From the NCBI GenBank assembly GCA_963770565.1, contig CAVYQE010000010.1:161822-225821 (forward strand): 64,000 nucleotides of DNA. Direction: 5' to 3'. The notes beneath the pieces are model-generated. The model was not told the origin of the DNA, searched no databases, and worked only from the letters and a program-made list of their open reading frames with translations. Position numbers and translations under genes: made by a program. This document shows, piece after piece, positions 19,026 to 29,877 of the stretch. The number at the start of each line of letters is the position of its first letter. Position 1 is the stretch's first letter. Source of the stretch: an uncultured Actinomycetota bacterium (GTDB taxonomy: Bacteria; Actinomycetota; Actinomycetes; JAFAQI01).

Positions 19026-19880
19026 TCACGGAATGGCCGGTTCGTCGTCGATCGGGGCGAGCTCGTCGTCGGAGAGGTCCGGGTAGATCGTCGACGGGCG
19101 GCGCGCCACCCGCCGGTCATGCAGGGTCGCGATCCCGACCGCGACCCCGTAGAGAAGGCACATCGGGACCGCCAGTGCCATCATCGTGAACGGGTCCTGG
19201 CTGGGCGTCGCGACCGCGGCAAAGACGAAGATCAACATGATCGCGCCGCGGGTCCACCGCCGCAGCCGGGCCGCGGACACCACGCCAACCAGGTTGAGCA
19301 TCACGACGACGAGCGGCATCTCGAAGGAGACCGAGAAGATCAGCACCATGGCAACGACGAAGGCGAGATAGCTGTCGAAGGTCAACAGCGACGTCAGCCC
19401 GCCGGTGGCATAACCGAGCAAGAAGTGCAGACCCTTCTCAAGGGTTAGATAGGCGAACGCCGAGCCCATCGCGAACAGCAGCACGGATGCAGAGACGAAC
19501 GAGGTGGCCCAACGCTTCTCGTGGTTGTAGAGGCCGGGGGTGATGAACTTCCACAGTTGATACAGCCAGATCGGCGACGCGGCCAGGACTCCGGCGTACA
19601 GCGAGACTTTCAGTGTGATCCGGAACGGGTCGAGGACACCGCTCGCGTACAGCGTGCACTTGTCGGGGTTCAGGCGGTAGCTGACCGGCAGCCGGCAGTA
19701 CGGGTGGGTGAGCAAGTGCATGAGGCGCGCGTGGAACAGATAGGCCACGATCGTCGTGACGATGATCGCGAGGATTGAGATGATGACCCGCCGGCGCAGT
19801 TCGTACAGATGCTCGGCCAAAGACATCCGGCCGTCGGGCGACCGATCAGGGTGCGCCCGCGCGGGGCGCGGCATCTTCAC
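19026..19880 (-). CDS. tatC: Twin-arginine translocase subunit TatC
   Basis: MSLAEHLYELRRR, WKFITPGLY..EKR, FEMP, TPSQDPFTM. Confidence 0.97.
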   Translation of the reverse strand: MKMPRPARAHPDRSPDGRMSLAEHLYELRRRVIISILAIIVTTIVAYLFHARLMHLLTHPYCRLPVSYRLNPDKCTLYASGVLDPFRITLKVSLYAGVLAASPIWLYQLWKFITPGLYNHEKRWATSFVSASVLLFAMGSAFAYLTLEKGLHFLLGYATGGLTSLLTFDSYLAFVVAMVLIFSVSFEMPLVVVMLNLVGVVSAARLRRWTRGAIMLIFVFAAVATPSQDPFTMMALAVPMCLLYGVAVGIATLHDRRVARRPSTIYPDLSDDELAPIDDEPAIP

Positions 19881-19916
19881 CGGCGTGACCTGCGGGCCGC
19901 GCGACGTCGGCCGCGA

Positions 19917-20207
19917 CTATGGCGCAGGCGTCTGGTCGCCTGAGGCGACCGGCTGCGGCGGAGCCTCGGCGACAACGGGCGCAGCCGGAGGGGCAACCGG
20001 CGCCACCGGGGCCACTGGCAAGGCCGCCTGCTGGACGGCCTGGGTGTTGGCGGTGCCGTCGTCGTCGTGCAGGTCCTTCAGCTCGGTCTTGAGGATTCGT
20101 GCGGAGCGACCAAGCGAACGCGCGGCGTCAGGGAGCTTCTTCGCCCCGAACAGCAGCACGAACACAGCGGCCACGATCAGCAAGTGCCACGGCCCGAACT
20201 CGCCCAT
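19917..20207 (-). CDS. tatA: Twin-arginine translocase subunit TatA
   Basis: [30 protein letters not shown]. Confidence 0.96.
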   Translation of the reverse strand: MGEFGPWHLLIVAAVFVLLFGAKKLPDAARSLGRSARILKTELKDLHDDDGTANTQAVQQAALPVAPVAPVAPPAAPVVAEAPPQPVASGDQTPAP

Positions 20208-20255
20208 GAGAGTTCCTCTCGCTCGACGTTCCAAGTCTACTTCGTGCGGGGGCTC

Positions 20256-20435
20256 TCAGCGGTTCGGAGGAGTGATCCTCGACAACTCGTCCGTTACCGC
20301 CGCAATCTTCGCCCCCGCCGCGCTCACCTCGCGGCCGAACTGCCGGACCTGGCGCCATAGCCGGAGCGCACACCCGGCGAGCACGGCCAGCCCGGCGACG
20401 CCGATGACGACGTAGAAGGCGATCCAGGCGGCCAC
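20256..20435 (-). CDS. 59-aa single-TM protein upstream of tatA (absent from the ORF track)
   Basis: Hand translation: MAAWIAFYVVIGVAGLAVLAGCALRLWRQVRQFGREVSAAGAKIAAVTDELSRITPPNR*; TAGACT -10 box 6 nt upstream of the GTG. Confidence 0.8.
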   Translation of the reverse strand: MAAWIAFYVVIGVAGLAVLAGCALRLWRQVRQFGREVSAAGAKIAAVTDELSRITPPNR

Positions 20436-20476
20436 GCGGGCAGTCTAGGGGCCCGGCAGAGGGGGTGTGGCGCCGC

Positions 20477-20809
20477 TCAGCGGTGCGCGGGCATGGTGGC
20501 GCGGGCGGCGAGCATGTCGTCCCGGCCGAGCTGGAGCACGAAGTCCAGCAGGTCGTCGTAGGTCAGGTCCGGGCCCGGCTTGGGCTCGAGCGCCTCGGCG
20601 GGCACCTCCCACACCTCCGCGCGGACTCCGCCCGACATCAGCAACGACACGATGTGGTCGTCAGCCGGCTTGCGGATGGACTCTTCGCACTCGGGGCAGG
20701 TGAAGGAGTAGTACGACAGCGGACCGTGACTGCACACCCGCAGCGCGATGTCGCCGCTGGTGAGTTCCACCTCACCGCAGCTGGGGCAAGAAGCCTTGAT
20801 GGTGGTCAC
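20477..20809 (-). CDS. Zn-ribbon hypothetical protein (two CxxC motifs)
   Basis: CPSC and YSFTCPEC, C-terminal LTYDDLLDF; GGAGG RBS. Confidence 0.85.
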   Translation of the reverse strand: MTTIKASCPSCGEVELTSGDIALRVCSHGPLSYYSFTCPECEESIRKPADDHIVSLLMSGGVRAEVWEVPAEALEPKPGPDLTYDDLLDFVLQLGRDDMLAARATMPAHR

Positions 20810-20898
20810 GGCTACCGTCCCTCCGGGTCCGCGTCACGCAGGGCTCGTGACGTAGGACTTCCTTCGGCATGTGACCGGCTTGGCTTGAAGGCCGTTTG

Positions 20899-21865
20899 CT
20901 ACACCTGTTGCTCCACCTGATAGCCCGAAAGTGTCGTAATTGCGACATCGTGGACGTCCTGTGCGAGGTCGGCAGGTTCGGTAATCCGTCCCCGGCCGGC
21001 CAGGCCGAGCGCCAGCCGCCGCAGCCAGGCCTCGTCCCGCACCCGGAGCCGGACGATCAAGCCGCCGTCGCCGCGCTCGGCGACCTCCTCGCACGGGTAG
21101 TAGTCGGCGAACCAGCGCACCGGCGGGTCCAGCGAGAAGGTCACCAGCCGGTCGTCGAGAGGCCGGCGTGAACAGCCCCGCGTCGAGCGCGCGTTTGCGG
21201 GTCTCGTCGGGGACGTCGACTCCGACGTCGAGCACGGCGATCTCCAGCACCCGGTCGAGCCGGAAGGTGCGCAGGTCGTCGACGAGGTAGCACCAGCCGG
21301 CCAAGTAGGCCCGCCCGTCGGTCGTGAACAGCCGGAGCGGGTCCACGTCCCGTTCGGTGGCCTCGTCGCGGGCCGGCACCCAGTAGCGCAACCGCAGCCG
21401 CCGAGCGCGCGCCAGCGCGTCGGCGGCGGTCGCTACCACCTGGGCGTCACTGTCGCTCGACGGCGCCGCTACCACCCGATCGGTCGCCGCAGTGCCGCCG
21501 GCCGCGCTCTCGAGCTTGGCCAGGGCGCGGTCGATCGCGGTCCGCTCGACGATCCCCGGCTCCTCGGACAGCACCCGCAGGGCGGTCACGAGCGCGAGCG
21601 CCTCCTCCGAGGTCAGGCGCAGCGGGCGAGCGATCTCGTCGGCGTTGCTGAGCGTCACCCGGTCGCCCTGCCAGGTGACGTCGATCAGGTCCCCCGGCCC
21701 GTAGCCGGGCAGGCCGCACATCCAGAGCAGGTTCAGGTCGGCCCGTAGTTGCTGCTCGGTGACGTCGAACTCCCGCGCCACCTCGGCCACCGGAGTCCCC
21801 GGGTGGGCGAGCAGCCAGGGCACCACCGCGAGCAGGCGGGGCAGGTGGTCAGTCGCGCCGCTCAT
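20899..21865 (-). CDS. pafC: WYL-domain transcriptional activator PafC (frameshifted near 21159)
   Basis: HTH (LWMCGLPGYGPGDLID) and WYL (YLAGWC..RTFRLDR). The C-terminal part (RWFADYYP...WLRRLALGL) is in a second frame ending at 20899. Confidence 0.88.
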
Positions 21866-22821
21866 GCCGGCTCCGCGATCAGGGCCTGCAACCGGCGTAC
21901 GACGGCCTCCCGCGCCTCGGCCGGCGACAAGACGATCGCGTCCGCGCCGTACCCGAGGACCTGGTCGGCGAGCCGCTGCGCGTCCGGGTAGGGCACCGAG
22001 AGGATGTCCCAGCCGTCGCCGCCGTCGACCTCCTCGACCGCCTGGCGGCGCAGGCCGATCGCCCGGTCATGTCGGACCTTGACCCGGGCCAGCACGGTCG
22101 GGGCCGCGGTGTCACTCTCCGACACGAGCGCGGTCAGGTCGATGCCCTCCGGCACCGTGACCACACCGGCCGGGCCCTCTGCATGCGGCTCGGTGGTCAT
22201 CCGCGAGAGCCGGAAGACCCGCGGCGCCGCCCGGTCGACGTCGTGACCGACGAGGTACCACCGGCCGTGCCACCACACCACGCCCCAGGGCTCGACCTGG
22301 CGGGTCTGGGCCTCGGTGTCAGAGGCGCCGCGATACTCGAAGTGCACCCGGCGACCGGTCCGCATCGCTTCGTCGACCGCCGGCAGCCCGCTGCTGACCG
22401 CGCCCACCCCGGGCTGCAGACCTTCCGGCAGCGGGGTGATCTCGACCCCGGCCGCCTCGAGCTTGCGCAGTGCGCGGGTGACCGGGCCGCCGAGCGCCGC
22501 CGACGACCAGACCCGGGCAGCCAGCCCGACCGCGGCCGCCTCGTCGGGCTCGAGCGTCACATCGGGCAGGGCGTAGTCGTTGCGGGCGATCCGGTAGCCG
22601 ACCTCGTCCTCCCACCCGTGGAGTGACCCGGTCTCGAGCGGGATGCCGAGGTCGCGCAGGTCTTCCTTGTCGCGCTCGAACATCCGCTTGAAGGCCTCGT
22701 CGGAGGCGGCGTCGCCGTACCCGGGGATGGTCTCCCGGAGCCGCTCCGCGCTGATGAACGAGCGCGTGTGGAGCAGGCAGATCACCAGATTGATCAGCCG
22801 CTCGGTCCGCTCTGCCGCCAT
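21862..22821 (-). CDS. pafB: WYL-domain transcriptional activator PafB
   Basis: ERLINLVICLL, FKRMFERDKEDLRDLGIP, GRWYLVGHD..R..FRLSR; ATGA-coupled to pafC. Confidence 0.93.
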   Translation of the reverse strand: MAAERTERLINLVICLLHTRSFISAERLRETIPGYGDAASDEAFKRMFERDKEDLRDLGIPLETGSLHGWEDEVGYRIARNDYALPDVTLEPDEAAAVGLAARVWSSAALGGPVTRALRKLEAAGVEITPLPEGLQPGVGAVSSGLPAVDEAMRTGRRVHFEYRGASDTEAQTRQVEPWGVVWWHGRWYLVGHDVDRAAPRVFRLSRMTTEPHAEGPAGVVTVPEGIDLTALVSESDTAAPTVLARVKVRHDRAIGLRRQAVEEVDGGDGWDILSVPYPDAQRLADQVLGYGADAIVLSPAEAREAVVRRLQALIAEPA

Positions 22822-22898
22822 GGCCGACGACGCTACCCCGCGCGCGTGGCCGCCCGGCGTGACCACCGCCGAGTGTCGGCAGCGTAGGGTCGCGATCC

Positions 22899-23966
22899 GT
22901 GATCCGGTGGCGGGACGGTCGGGTGGTCGAGGTGACCGCGCGGCGGACCGGCGCGGTCGAGTTGCGGGTGTCGACCGCCGAGGGCGAGCTGGCCGCGCTC
23001 GCCTACCCGGAGCTGGTTGGCGACCCGGCGCCCGGCGACCGAGTGCTGCTCAACACCACCGCGGTGTCACTGGATCTCGGCACCGGCGGGTTCGCGCTGG
23101 TGGTCGCGATCCCCGATCGGCTACCGACCGACCGCGACGAGCCGGGTCACATCGTCAAGGCCCGCTACACCCCGCTCCAGGCCACCGTCCTGGCCGTCGA
23201 CGAGCAGGACTCCCCCCATCACGAGATCCTGCGCGACGCCGACGACCTCGCCGGGCTGCCGGTGGTCGTCGCGGACCTGCACTCCGCACTGCCGGCGATC
23301 ATCGCCGGGCTGCGGATGGACGGCCGGTCGCCGCGCGTCGTCTACGTGATGACCGACGGCGGCGCGCTGCCGCTCGGGCTGTCCCGGTCGGTCGACGGGC
23401 TGCGCAGCGCGGGCTGGCTGGATGCGTGCGTGACGGTCGGCCAGGCGTACGGCGGCGACGTCGAGGCGGTCACGCCGCACACCGGGCTGTTGGCCGCTCG
23501 ACTCGTGCTGGGCGCGGACGTCGCGATCGTGACGCAGGGGCCTGGCAATCTCGGGACCGGCACCCGATGGGGCTTCAGCGGAGTGGCGAGCGGCGAGGCG
23601 ATCAACGCGGTCGCCGCCTTGGGTGGGCGCCCGGTCGCCGCACTGCGGCTCAGCGAGGTCGACCCTCGAGAGCGTCATCGCGGCGTGTCCCATCACTCGC
23701 TGACGTCACTCGGGCGGGTCGCGCTCGCGCCGGCCGAGATCGCGGTGCCGCATCTCGGCTCGGACTTCGGGGCCCAGGTGCGCGGGGACGCCGCGGCGCT
23801 GTCTCCCCCGCATCGGCTGGTCGACGTCGATGTCGACGGCGTGCTCGGGGCGCTCGAAGGGTCACCGGTGCCGCTGTCGAGCATGGGTCGAACGCTCAGC
23901 GACGATCCGTCGTACTTCGTCGGTTGTGCGGTCGCCGGCCGGCACGCCGCAACGCTCCTGCCATAG
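22899..23966 (+). CDS. DUF3866-like protein
   Basis: LLNTTA..LGTGG, GHIVKARYTP, DLHSALP, QGPGNLGTGT.WGFSG, RHRGVSHHS. Confidence 0.85.
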   Translation: MIRWRDGRVVEVTARRTGAVELRVSTAEGELAALAYPELVGDPAPGDRVLLNTTAVSLDLGTGGFALVVAIPDRLPTDRDEPGHIVKARYTPLQATVLAVDEQDSPHHEILRDADDLAGLPVVVADLHSALPAIIAGLRMDGRSPRVVYVMTDGGALPLGLSRSVDGLRSAGWLDACVTVGQAYGGDVEAVTPHTGLLAARLVLGADVAIVTQGPGNLGTGTRWGFSGVASGEAINAVAALGGRPVAALRLSEVDPRERHRGVSHHSLTSLGRVALAPAEIAVPHLGSDFGAQVRGDAAALSPPHRLVDVDVDGVLGALEGSPVPLSSMGRTLSDDPSYFVGCAVAGRHAATLLP

Positions 23967-23997
23967 CCCCACCAATGGGCCATCCGTATGTCGCGGG

Positions 23998-25356
23998 CTA
24001 CATGCTCGCGATCAGCTTTTCGACCCGGTCGTCGACGGAGCGGAATGGGTCCTTGCACAGAACGGTGCGCTGCGCCTGGTCGTTGAGCTTGAGGTGCACC
24101 CAGTCGACGGTGAAGTCGCGGCGCTTCTCCTGCGCCCGACCGATGAAGTCGCCGCGCAGCCGGGCCCTCGTGGTCTGCGGCGGCACCGACTTGGCCTCGA
24201 AGATCTTCAGGTCGGTGGTGACCCGCTCGACCGCGTTGCGGCGCTCGAGCAGGTAGTACAGGCCCCGTCGGCGGCTCACGTCGTGGTAGGCGAGGTCGAG
24301 CTGCGCGACCCGGGGCGAGGAGAGCTGGAGGTTGTGCTTCTCGCGATACCGCTCGATCAGCTGGTACTTCATCACCCAGTCGATCTCGCGCTCGACCAGG
24401 CTCAGGTCACCCGTGTCGACCGCCTTCAAGGTGCGTTCCCACAGCTCGAGCACCCGGTTGGTCGTGGCGTCGCCACCGCGGCGTTGCACGAAGTCGCGGG
24501 CCTTGACGAAGTACTCCTGCTGGATGTCGAGGGCGCTTGCTTCACGGCTGTTGGCGAGCTTGACGGTCCGCCGACCGGTCACGTCGTGGCTGACCTCGCG
24601 GATCGCGCGGATCGCGTTCTCGAGAGTCAGGTCGCGCATCACGACGCCGGCTTCAATCATCCGTAGGACCAGATCGGTCGTCCCGACCTTGAGCAAGGTC
24701 GTTGCCTCGGACATGTTGCTGTCGCCGACGATGACGTGGAGGCGGCGGAACCGCTCGGCGTCGGCGTGCGGCTCGTCTCGGGTGTTGATGATCGGCCGGC
24801 TGCGCGTGGTCGCCGAGGAGACGCCCTCCCAGATGTGCTCGGCCCGCTGGCTGACGCAGTAGACCGCACCGCGCGGGGTCAGCAGCACCTTGCCGGCGCC
24901 GCAGATGATCTGACGGGTCACCAGGAACGGGATCAGTACGTCGGCCAGCCGGCTGAACTCGCCGTGCCGGCCGACCAGGTAGTTCTCGTGACAGCCATAG
25001 GAGTTGCCGGCCGAGTCGGTGTTGTTTTTGAACAGGTAGATGTCGCCGGCGATGCCTTCCTCGCGCAGCCGCCGCTCGGCGTCCATCAGCAGGCCTTCGA
25101 GGGTCCGCTCCCCCGCCTTGTCGTGCGTGACGAGCTCGACGATGTCGTCGCACTCGGGCGTCGCGTACTCCGGGTGGGAGCCGACGTCGAGATAGAGCCG
25201 GGCGCCGTTCTTCAGGAAGACGTTGCTGCTGCGTCCCCACGAGACGACCCGGCGGAACAGGTAGCGGGCGACCTCGTCCGGCGAGAGCCGGCGCTGGCCA
25301 CGGAAGGTGCACGTGACGCCGTACTCGTTCTCCAGGCCGAAGATCCGCCGGTCCAC
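23998..25356 (-). CDS. pafA: Pup-protein ligase
   Basis: [52 protein letters not shown]. Confidence 0.98.
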   Translation of the reverse strand: MDRRIFGLENEYGVTCTFRGQRRLSPDEVARYLFRRVVSWGRSSNVFLKNGARLYLDVGSHPEYATPECDDIVELVTHDKAGERTLEGLLMDAERRLREEGIAGDIYLFKNNTDSAGNSYGCHENYLVGRHGEFSRLADVLIPFLVTRQIICGAGKVLLTPRGAVYCVSQRAEHIWEGVSSATTRSRPIINTRDEPHADAERFRRLHVIVGDSNMSEATTLLKVGTTDLVLRMIEAGVVMRDLTLENAIRAIREVSHDVTGRRTVKLANSREASALDIQQEYFVKARDFVQRRGGDATTNRVLELWERTLKAVDTGDLSLVEREIDWVMKYQLIERYREKHNLQLSSPRVAQLDLAYHDVSRRRGLYYLLERRNAVERVTTDLKIFEAKSVPPQTTRARLRGDFIGRAQEKRRDFTVDWVHLKLNDQAQRTVLCKDPFRSVDDRVEKLIASM

Positions 25357-25413
25357 CAGGTCAGACTATGGTCCGCGCGGCCAACTGCCCCGCATCTGCG
25401 CACAACGGACCCG

Positions 25414-26121
25414 TCACTGCGCCGTCAGCAGTGGCTCCACCTGCGCGTCGGTGAGCCGGCGGAAGGTACGCCGCGGCCGGTTGCGCTCCAGCACCGCCAC
25501 CTCGAGTTGGGTGGCCGGAATCGTGCGCGCGGCCTCGCCCTCCGCGTCAGCGGCCACGATCGAGGTCACCGCGAGCCGAAGGCCTTCGCCGAGCGGGATG
25601 TCGTCCCGATGCCCCTCGCGCATGGCGGTGCCGATCGCCTCGGCCGAGCCACCCATCACGACGAGCCCGTGCTCGTCGGCGACGCTGCCGTCGTAGGTCA
25701 GCCGGTAGAGCTGGTCCTCGGCGACCGTCTCACCGACCTCGGCGACGGTGATCTCGACCTCGAACGGCTTCTCGCCGGCGCTGGAGAAGATCGTCCCGAG
25801 GATCTGCGCGTAGGTGTTGGCGAGTGCCCGGCCGGTGACATCGCGCCGGTCGTAGGAGTAGCCCCGCAGGTCGGCCATCCGGACGCCGGCCACCCGCAGA
25901 TTCTCGAACTCGTTGTATTTGCCGACCGCGGCGAACGCGATCCGGTCGTAGATCTCGGAGATCTTGTGCAGCGCGCTCGACGGGTTCTCGGCCACGAACA
26001 GGATGCCGTCCGCGTAGGTCATGACCAGCACGGCCCGACCCCGAGCAGTGCCTTTTCGGGCGTAGTCCGCCCGGTCCTTCATGATCTGCTCGGGCGAGAC
26101 ATAGCCGAAGGGCATCGTCAC
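25414..26121 (-). CDS. prcA: 20S proteasome alpha subunit
   Basis: [33 protein letters not shown]. Confidence 0.97.
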   Translation of the reverse strand: MTMPFGYVSPEQIMKDRADYARKGTARGRAVLVMTYADGILFVAENPSSALHKISEIYDRIAFAAVGKYNEFENLRVAGVRMADLRGYSYDRRDVTGRALANTYAQILGTIFSSAGEKPFEVEITVAEVGETVAEDQLYRLTYDGSVADEHGLVVMGGSAEAIGTAMREGHRDDIPLGEGLRLAVTSIVAADAEGEAARTIPATQLEVAVLERNRPRRTFRRLTDAQVEPLLTAQ

Positions 26122-26175
26122 GTGCTCAGACTGCCTTTCTCGTCGTGAGGGCTCGGGTCCGGTCGGTCACCCTTG

Positions 26176-27030
26176 TCACCGCATCGGGGCTTGCGGGCCG
26201 CCGGGGCTGGTCATCCGTTCGGCGACCACCTGCTCGGTTGTCGCAGCCACCTCGTCCTCGGACAGCTTGCGGAAGCCGTCTGCAGTGACGGAGGTGATCA
26301 CCGGGTAGATCCGCCGGGTGAGGTCCGGCCCGCCGGTGGCGCTGTCGTCGTCGGCCGCGTCGTAGAGGGCATGCACACAGGCGAGTACGGCGTCGGCCTC
26401 GCCGAAGTCGTCGCGGAACAGCTTCTTCAGCGAGCCGCGGGCAAAAACACTGCCGGAGCCGACCGAGTAGAAACTGTGTTCCTCGTAGCGCCCACCGGTG
26501 ACGTCGTAGGAGAAGATCCGGCCGGCCTCCGCCGGGCTCTCGGCCTCCAGGTCGTAACCCGCGAACAGCGGGACGACCGCGAGTCCCTGCATCGCCATCG
26601 GCAGGTTGTTGCGGATCAACAGCGAGAGCCGGTTCGCCTTGCCTTCCAGGCTGAGCGTGACGCCCTCGATCTTCTCGTAGTGCTCGAGCTCCACCTGGAA
26701 CAACCGGACCAGCTCGACGGCCACTCCGGCGGTGCCGGCGATGCCGACCGCAGAGAACTCGTCGGCCTGGAAGACCTTCTCGATGTCGCGCTGGGCAATC
26801 AGGTTTCCCATCGTGGCCCGCCGGTCGCCGGCCAGGATCACCCCGGAGGTGTGGGTGATCCCCACGATGGTCGTGCCGTGCGGCGCGTCGACCATGACCG
26901 GGCCCGGGTTGGCCTGCGCCCGCTTGCCGGGCAATAGGTCGGGGGCATGGTCGGCCAGGAAGTCGCTGAACGAGCTGTTGCCCGCGGCGAAGAACGCCGC
27001 CGGCAGCGCCGCATTGTTGGAGATGTCCAC
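26176..27030 (-). CDS. prcB: 20S proteasome beta subunit (with propeptide)
   Basis: PHG-TTIV cleavage site, [19 protein letters not shown]. Confidence 0.97.
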   Translation of the reverse strand: MDISNNAALPAAFFAAGNSSFSDFLADHAPDLLPGKRAQANPGPVMVDAPHGTTIVGITHTSGVILAGDRRATMGNLIAQRDIEKVFQADEFSAVGIAGTAGVAVELVRLFQVELEHYEKIEGVTLSLEGKANRLSLLIRNNLPMAMQGLAVVPLFAGYDLEAESPAEAGRIFSYDVTGGRYEEHSFYSVGSGSVFARGSLKKLFRDDFGEADAVLACVHALYDAADDDSATGGPDLTRRIYPVITSVTADGFRKLSEDEVAATTEQVVAERMTSPGGPQAPMR

Positions 27031-27092
27031 GCCGTCAGCCTGTCACGACCGGGACCGGATTGCGCGTAGGGGTTCGCTGAAGGGCGAACGAG

Positions 27093-27755
27093 TCAAGCCG
27101 CGTGCGCCGAGCCGAAGCAGACCTCGATTACCACGCCGGGCGGCACCCGATACTCCTCGACGACGAACGGCGGCTCACTCTGGCGCCAGCGGATCAGGTA
27201 GTCGCCCAGGTTTCGGAGCACCTCGACGTCGTCCCGGACGTTGCCAAGCGCCTGATTGCAGTTGAAGCAGAGCATGCCGCGTACCGCTCCGCTCGCGTGG
27301 TCGTGATCGACGTGCTCCGGGTCCGGCCTCCTGCAGCCGGCACACCGTCCGCCCTGCTCCGCCAACATCCGATCCACATCAACCAGCCCGATCCCATACC
27401 TCCGCCGAAGGTGACGCTCGCGGGTGCTCCCGTGGTTCTTGATGACATTCTTTCGGCAGCGGATGTTGTGGCAGGGCAGGCAATAGCGCCCGTAACCCCC
27501 TCGGCCGCTTCGATTGTGCGGGAAGTCAGCGAACGGCTTGATGGTCTCGCAGTCAGGGCACCATCGATGGCCCGGCGGAATCACCCGACGAGGTTTCACG
27601 GGTCGACCCTGCGCCTCTCGCGACTTGTGACGAGATCGCATCGACCGCACGTTCATGCAGTCGCGGCAATAACTGGACCGGCCGTCTCGGCGATCCTTGG
27701 CCGGTGGAAAGTCTCCGAGCGGCTTCAACGCCTTGCAATCCCTGCACAGCTTCAT
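27093..27755 (-). CDS. Endonuclease VII (HNH-type) domain protein with N-terminal Zn-finger repeats
   Basis: Two CxxC...KP...F...YCxxC modules, then YGI...QGGRCAGC...HVDHDH..G.VRGMLCFNCNQALG. Confidence 0.9.
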   Translation of the reverse strand: MKLCRDCKALKPLGDFPPAKDRRDGRSSYCRDCMNVRSMRSRHKSREAQGRPVKPRRVIPPGHRWCPDCETIKPFADFPHNRSGRGGYGRYCLPCHNIRCRKNVIKNHGSTRERHLRRRYGIGLVDVDRMLAEQGGRCAGCRRPDPEHVDHDHASGAVRGMLCFNCNQALGNVRDDVEVLRNLGDYLIRWRQSEPPFVVEEYRVPPGVVIEVCFGSAHAA

Positions 27756-27795
27756 GGTCCCCCGTGTGGTCGAAAACCTAAACAGACATTAGAGG

Positions 27796-28005
27796 CTATT
27801 CCCCTCCTTTCTGGACGTAGCCCCTAACGAACTCTTCTGCGTTTGCTTCTAGGACATTGTCGATTTCGTCCAGGATGTCGTCGACGTCGTCGGTCAGTGC
27901 CTCGTGTCGTTCCTGCAGGTCAGAGGTGGACGCGTCCTCGACCTCTTCCGCCTCGCTCGTGCGCTTGGTCGCACGCTGCTGGCCGCCGTCATCACGGGTC
28001 GCCAT
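27796..28005 (-). CDS. pup: Prokaryotic ubiquitin-like protein Pup (GGE terminus)
   Basis: ILDEIDNVLEANAEEFVRGYVQKGGE; GGAGG RBS. Confidence 0.97.
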   Translation of the reverse strand: MATRDDGGQQRATKRTSEAEEVEDASTSDLQERHEALTDDVDDILDEIDNVLEANAEEFVRGYVQKGGE

Positions 28006-28092
28006 GGAGCACCTCCGGTTGCGTCTTGATGCCCTGACGGTACCCGCCCGATCCCACGATTTGCCTGCTTTGCGCACGACGGCGCGAGGGAG

Positions 28093-29628
28093 CTACCGGG
28101 CGTTGGTGATCTCGTCGACGAGCGCGGCTGCGGTGTCGCAGCGTTCGAGCAACTCGTCGACATGCGCCTTCGTGCCCCGCAGCGGCTCGAGCATCGGCAC
28201 CCGCTGCAGCGACTCGCGGCCGACATCGAAGATGACCGAGTCCCACGACGCAGCGGCCACGTCGGCGGCGAACTTCGACAGGCAGCGACCGCGGAAGTAG
28301 GCCCGGGTGTCCTCGGGCGGCTCAGTCACCGCGCGGACGATCTCGGCGTCGGTCAGCAGCCGCTGCATGGATCCGCGGGCGACCAGCCGGTTGTAGAGGC
28401 CCTTGTCCGGGCGGACGTCGCTGTACTGCAGGTCGACCAGGTGCAACTTCGGGGCGCTCCAGTCGAGGCCTTCGCGGTCTCGGTATCCCTGCAGGAGCGA
28501 GAGCTTCGCGACCCAGTCCAGCTCGTTGGCGAGCAGCATCGGATCGTCGGCCAGCCTGACCAGCACGTGCTCCCATCGCGACAGAACGTCGAGGGTCTGG
28601 TCGTCGGCGTCCGCGCCGTACCGGTCCTCGACGAACTTACGGGCCTGCTCGAGGAACTCCGCCTGCACCTGCAAGCCGGTCAACGTGCGGCCGTCGCGCA
28701 TCGACACGGTGTGTCGGAGGGTCGGATCGTGGGAGATTCCCCGAAGCGCGGTGACTGGCGCGTCGATGCCCAGGTCGACGTCGTTGTCGGCGAACCAGCG
28801 GTCCTCGATCATCGACAGGATCAGCGAGGTCGTGCCGAGCTTGAGGTACGTCGAGATCTCGCTCATGTTCGCGTCGCCGATGATCACGTGCAGCCGGCGA
28901 TAGCGCTCGGGATCGGCGTGCGGCTCGTCGCGGGTGTTGATGATCGGCCGCTTCAGGGTCGTCTCGAGACCGACCTCGACCTCGAAGAAGTCGGCCCGCT
29001 GCGAGATCTGAAACCCGTGCTGATGGCCGTCCTGGCCGATTCCGACCCGGCCGGCGCCACACACGATCTGCCGGGTGACGAAGAACGGGGTGAGGTAGCG
29101 GACGATGTCGCCAAAGGGCGTCTGGCGGCGCATCAGGTAGTTCTCGTGCGACCCGTACGACGCGCCCTTGTTGTCGGTGTTGTTCTTGTAGAGCTGGATC
29201 CGGCCGGCGCCGGGAATCTGCGCGGCGTACTCCGACGCCGTCACCATCACCAGCTCCCCCGCCTTGTCCCACGCCACGCCGTCGCGGGGGTTAGTGACCT
29301 CGGGGCTGGAGTACTCCGGATGTGCGTGGTCGACGTACAGGCGAGCGCCGTTGGTCAGGATGACGTTGGCCAGCCCGACCTCGTCGTCGGGCAACACGTC
29401 CGCGGCTTCGTTCGCCACGGTCGGGCCGACGTCGAAGCCGCGCGCGTCGCGCAGCGGTGACTCCTCCTCGAAGTCCCAGCGCGGGCTACGGTCGCGCGAC
29501 GACCCGGTTGTCGCGTTCAGGTAGCCGTTGACGATCTGGCTCGACGCGAGCATGTGGTTGGCCGCCGACTGCCCGGGCACCGAGATGCCGTACTCGGTCT
29601 CCGTACCCATGACGCGGCGAACGGTCAT
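28093..29628 (-). CDS. dop: Pup deamidase/depupylase
   Basis: [35 protein letters not shown]. Confidence 0.97.
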   Translation of the reverse strand: MTVRRVMGTETEYGISVPGQSAANHMLASSQIVNGYLNATTGSSRDRSPRWDFEEESPLRDARGFDVGPTVANEAADVLPDDEVGLANVILTNGARLYVDHAHPEYSSPEVTNPRDGVAWDKAGELVMVTASEYAAQIPGAGRIQLYKNNTDNKGASYGSHENYLMRRQTPFGDIVRYLTPFFVTRQIVCGAGRVGIGQDGHQHGFQISQRADFFEVEVGLETTLKRPIINTRDEPHADPERYRRLHVIIGDANMSEISTYLKLGTTSLILSMIEDRWFADNDVDLGIDAPVTALRGISHDPTLRHTVSMRDGRTLTGLQVQAEFLEQARKFVEDRYGADADDQTLDVLSRWEHVLVRLADDPMLLANELDWVAKLSLLQGYRDREGLDWSAPKLHLVDLQYSDVRPDKGLYNRLVARGSMQRLLTDAEIVRAVTEPPEDTRAYFRGRCLSKFAADVAAASWDSVIFDVGRESLQRVPMLEPLRGTKAHVDELLERCDTAAALVDEITNAR

Positions 29629-29699
29629 GACACCAGCCTAGGCGTCCTTACCGGCAAGGCCGGACAGGCTGACGACGGAATCGGGCGTGGTCGTGCCGA

Positions 29700-29858
29700 T
29701 GGCAAGGCCGCAGGGAGCGCCGCGTGCTGAAGCACGCAAGCGACCGAGAACGCCGCCAACGGTGCGACCGCGCCCGTGAACGGTGTCAGGTTGTGTGGCT
29801 GGCAAGGCCGCAGGGAGCGCCGCGTGCTGAAGCACGCAAGCGAGCGAGAACGCCGCCA
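29700..29858. repeat. Two 59-bp direct repeats, 100 bp apart, with an internal hairpin
   Basis: 29700-29758 and 29800-29858 differ at one base; core GCGTGCT-GA-AGCACGC. Confidence 0.92.
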
Positions 29859-29877
29859 GGCGCGCAACCTGGCGCCG

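Noticed and set aside
20899-22821. WYL proteins as regulators of a defence island
   Set aside because: Sequence and synteny with pafA and tatAC identify them as core PafB/PafC.
29700-29858. Mini-CRISPR (repeat-spacer-repeat)
   Set aside because: The 59-bp repeat is longer than typical CRISPR repeats, there are only two copies, and no leader or cas genes.
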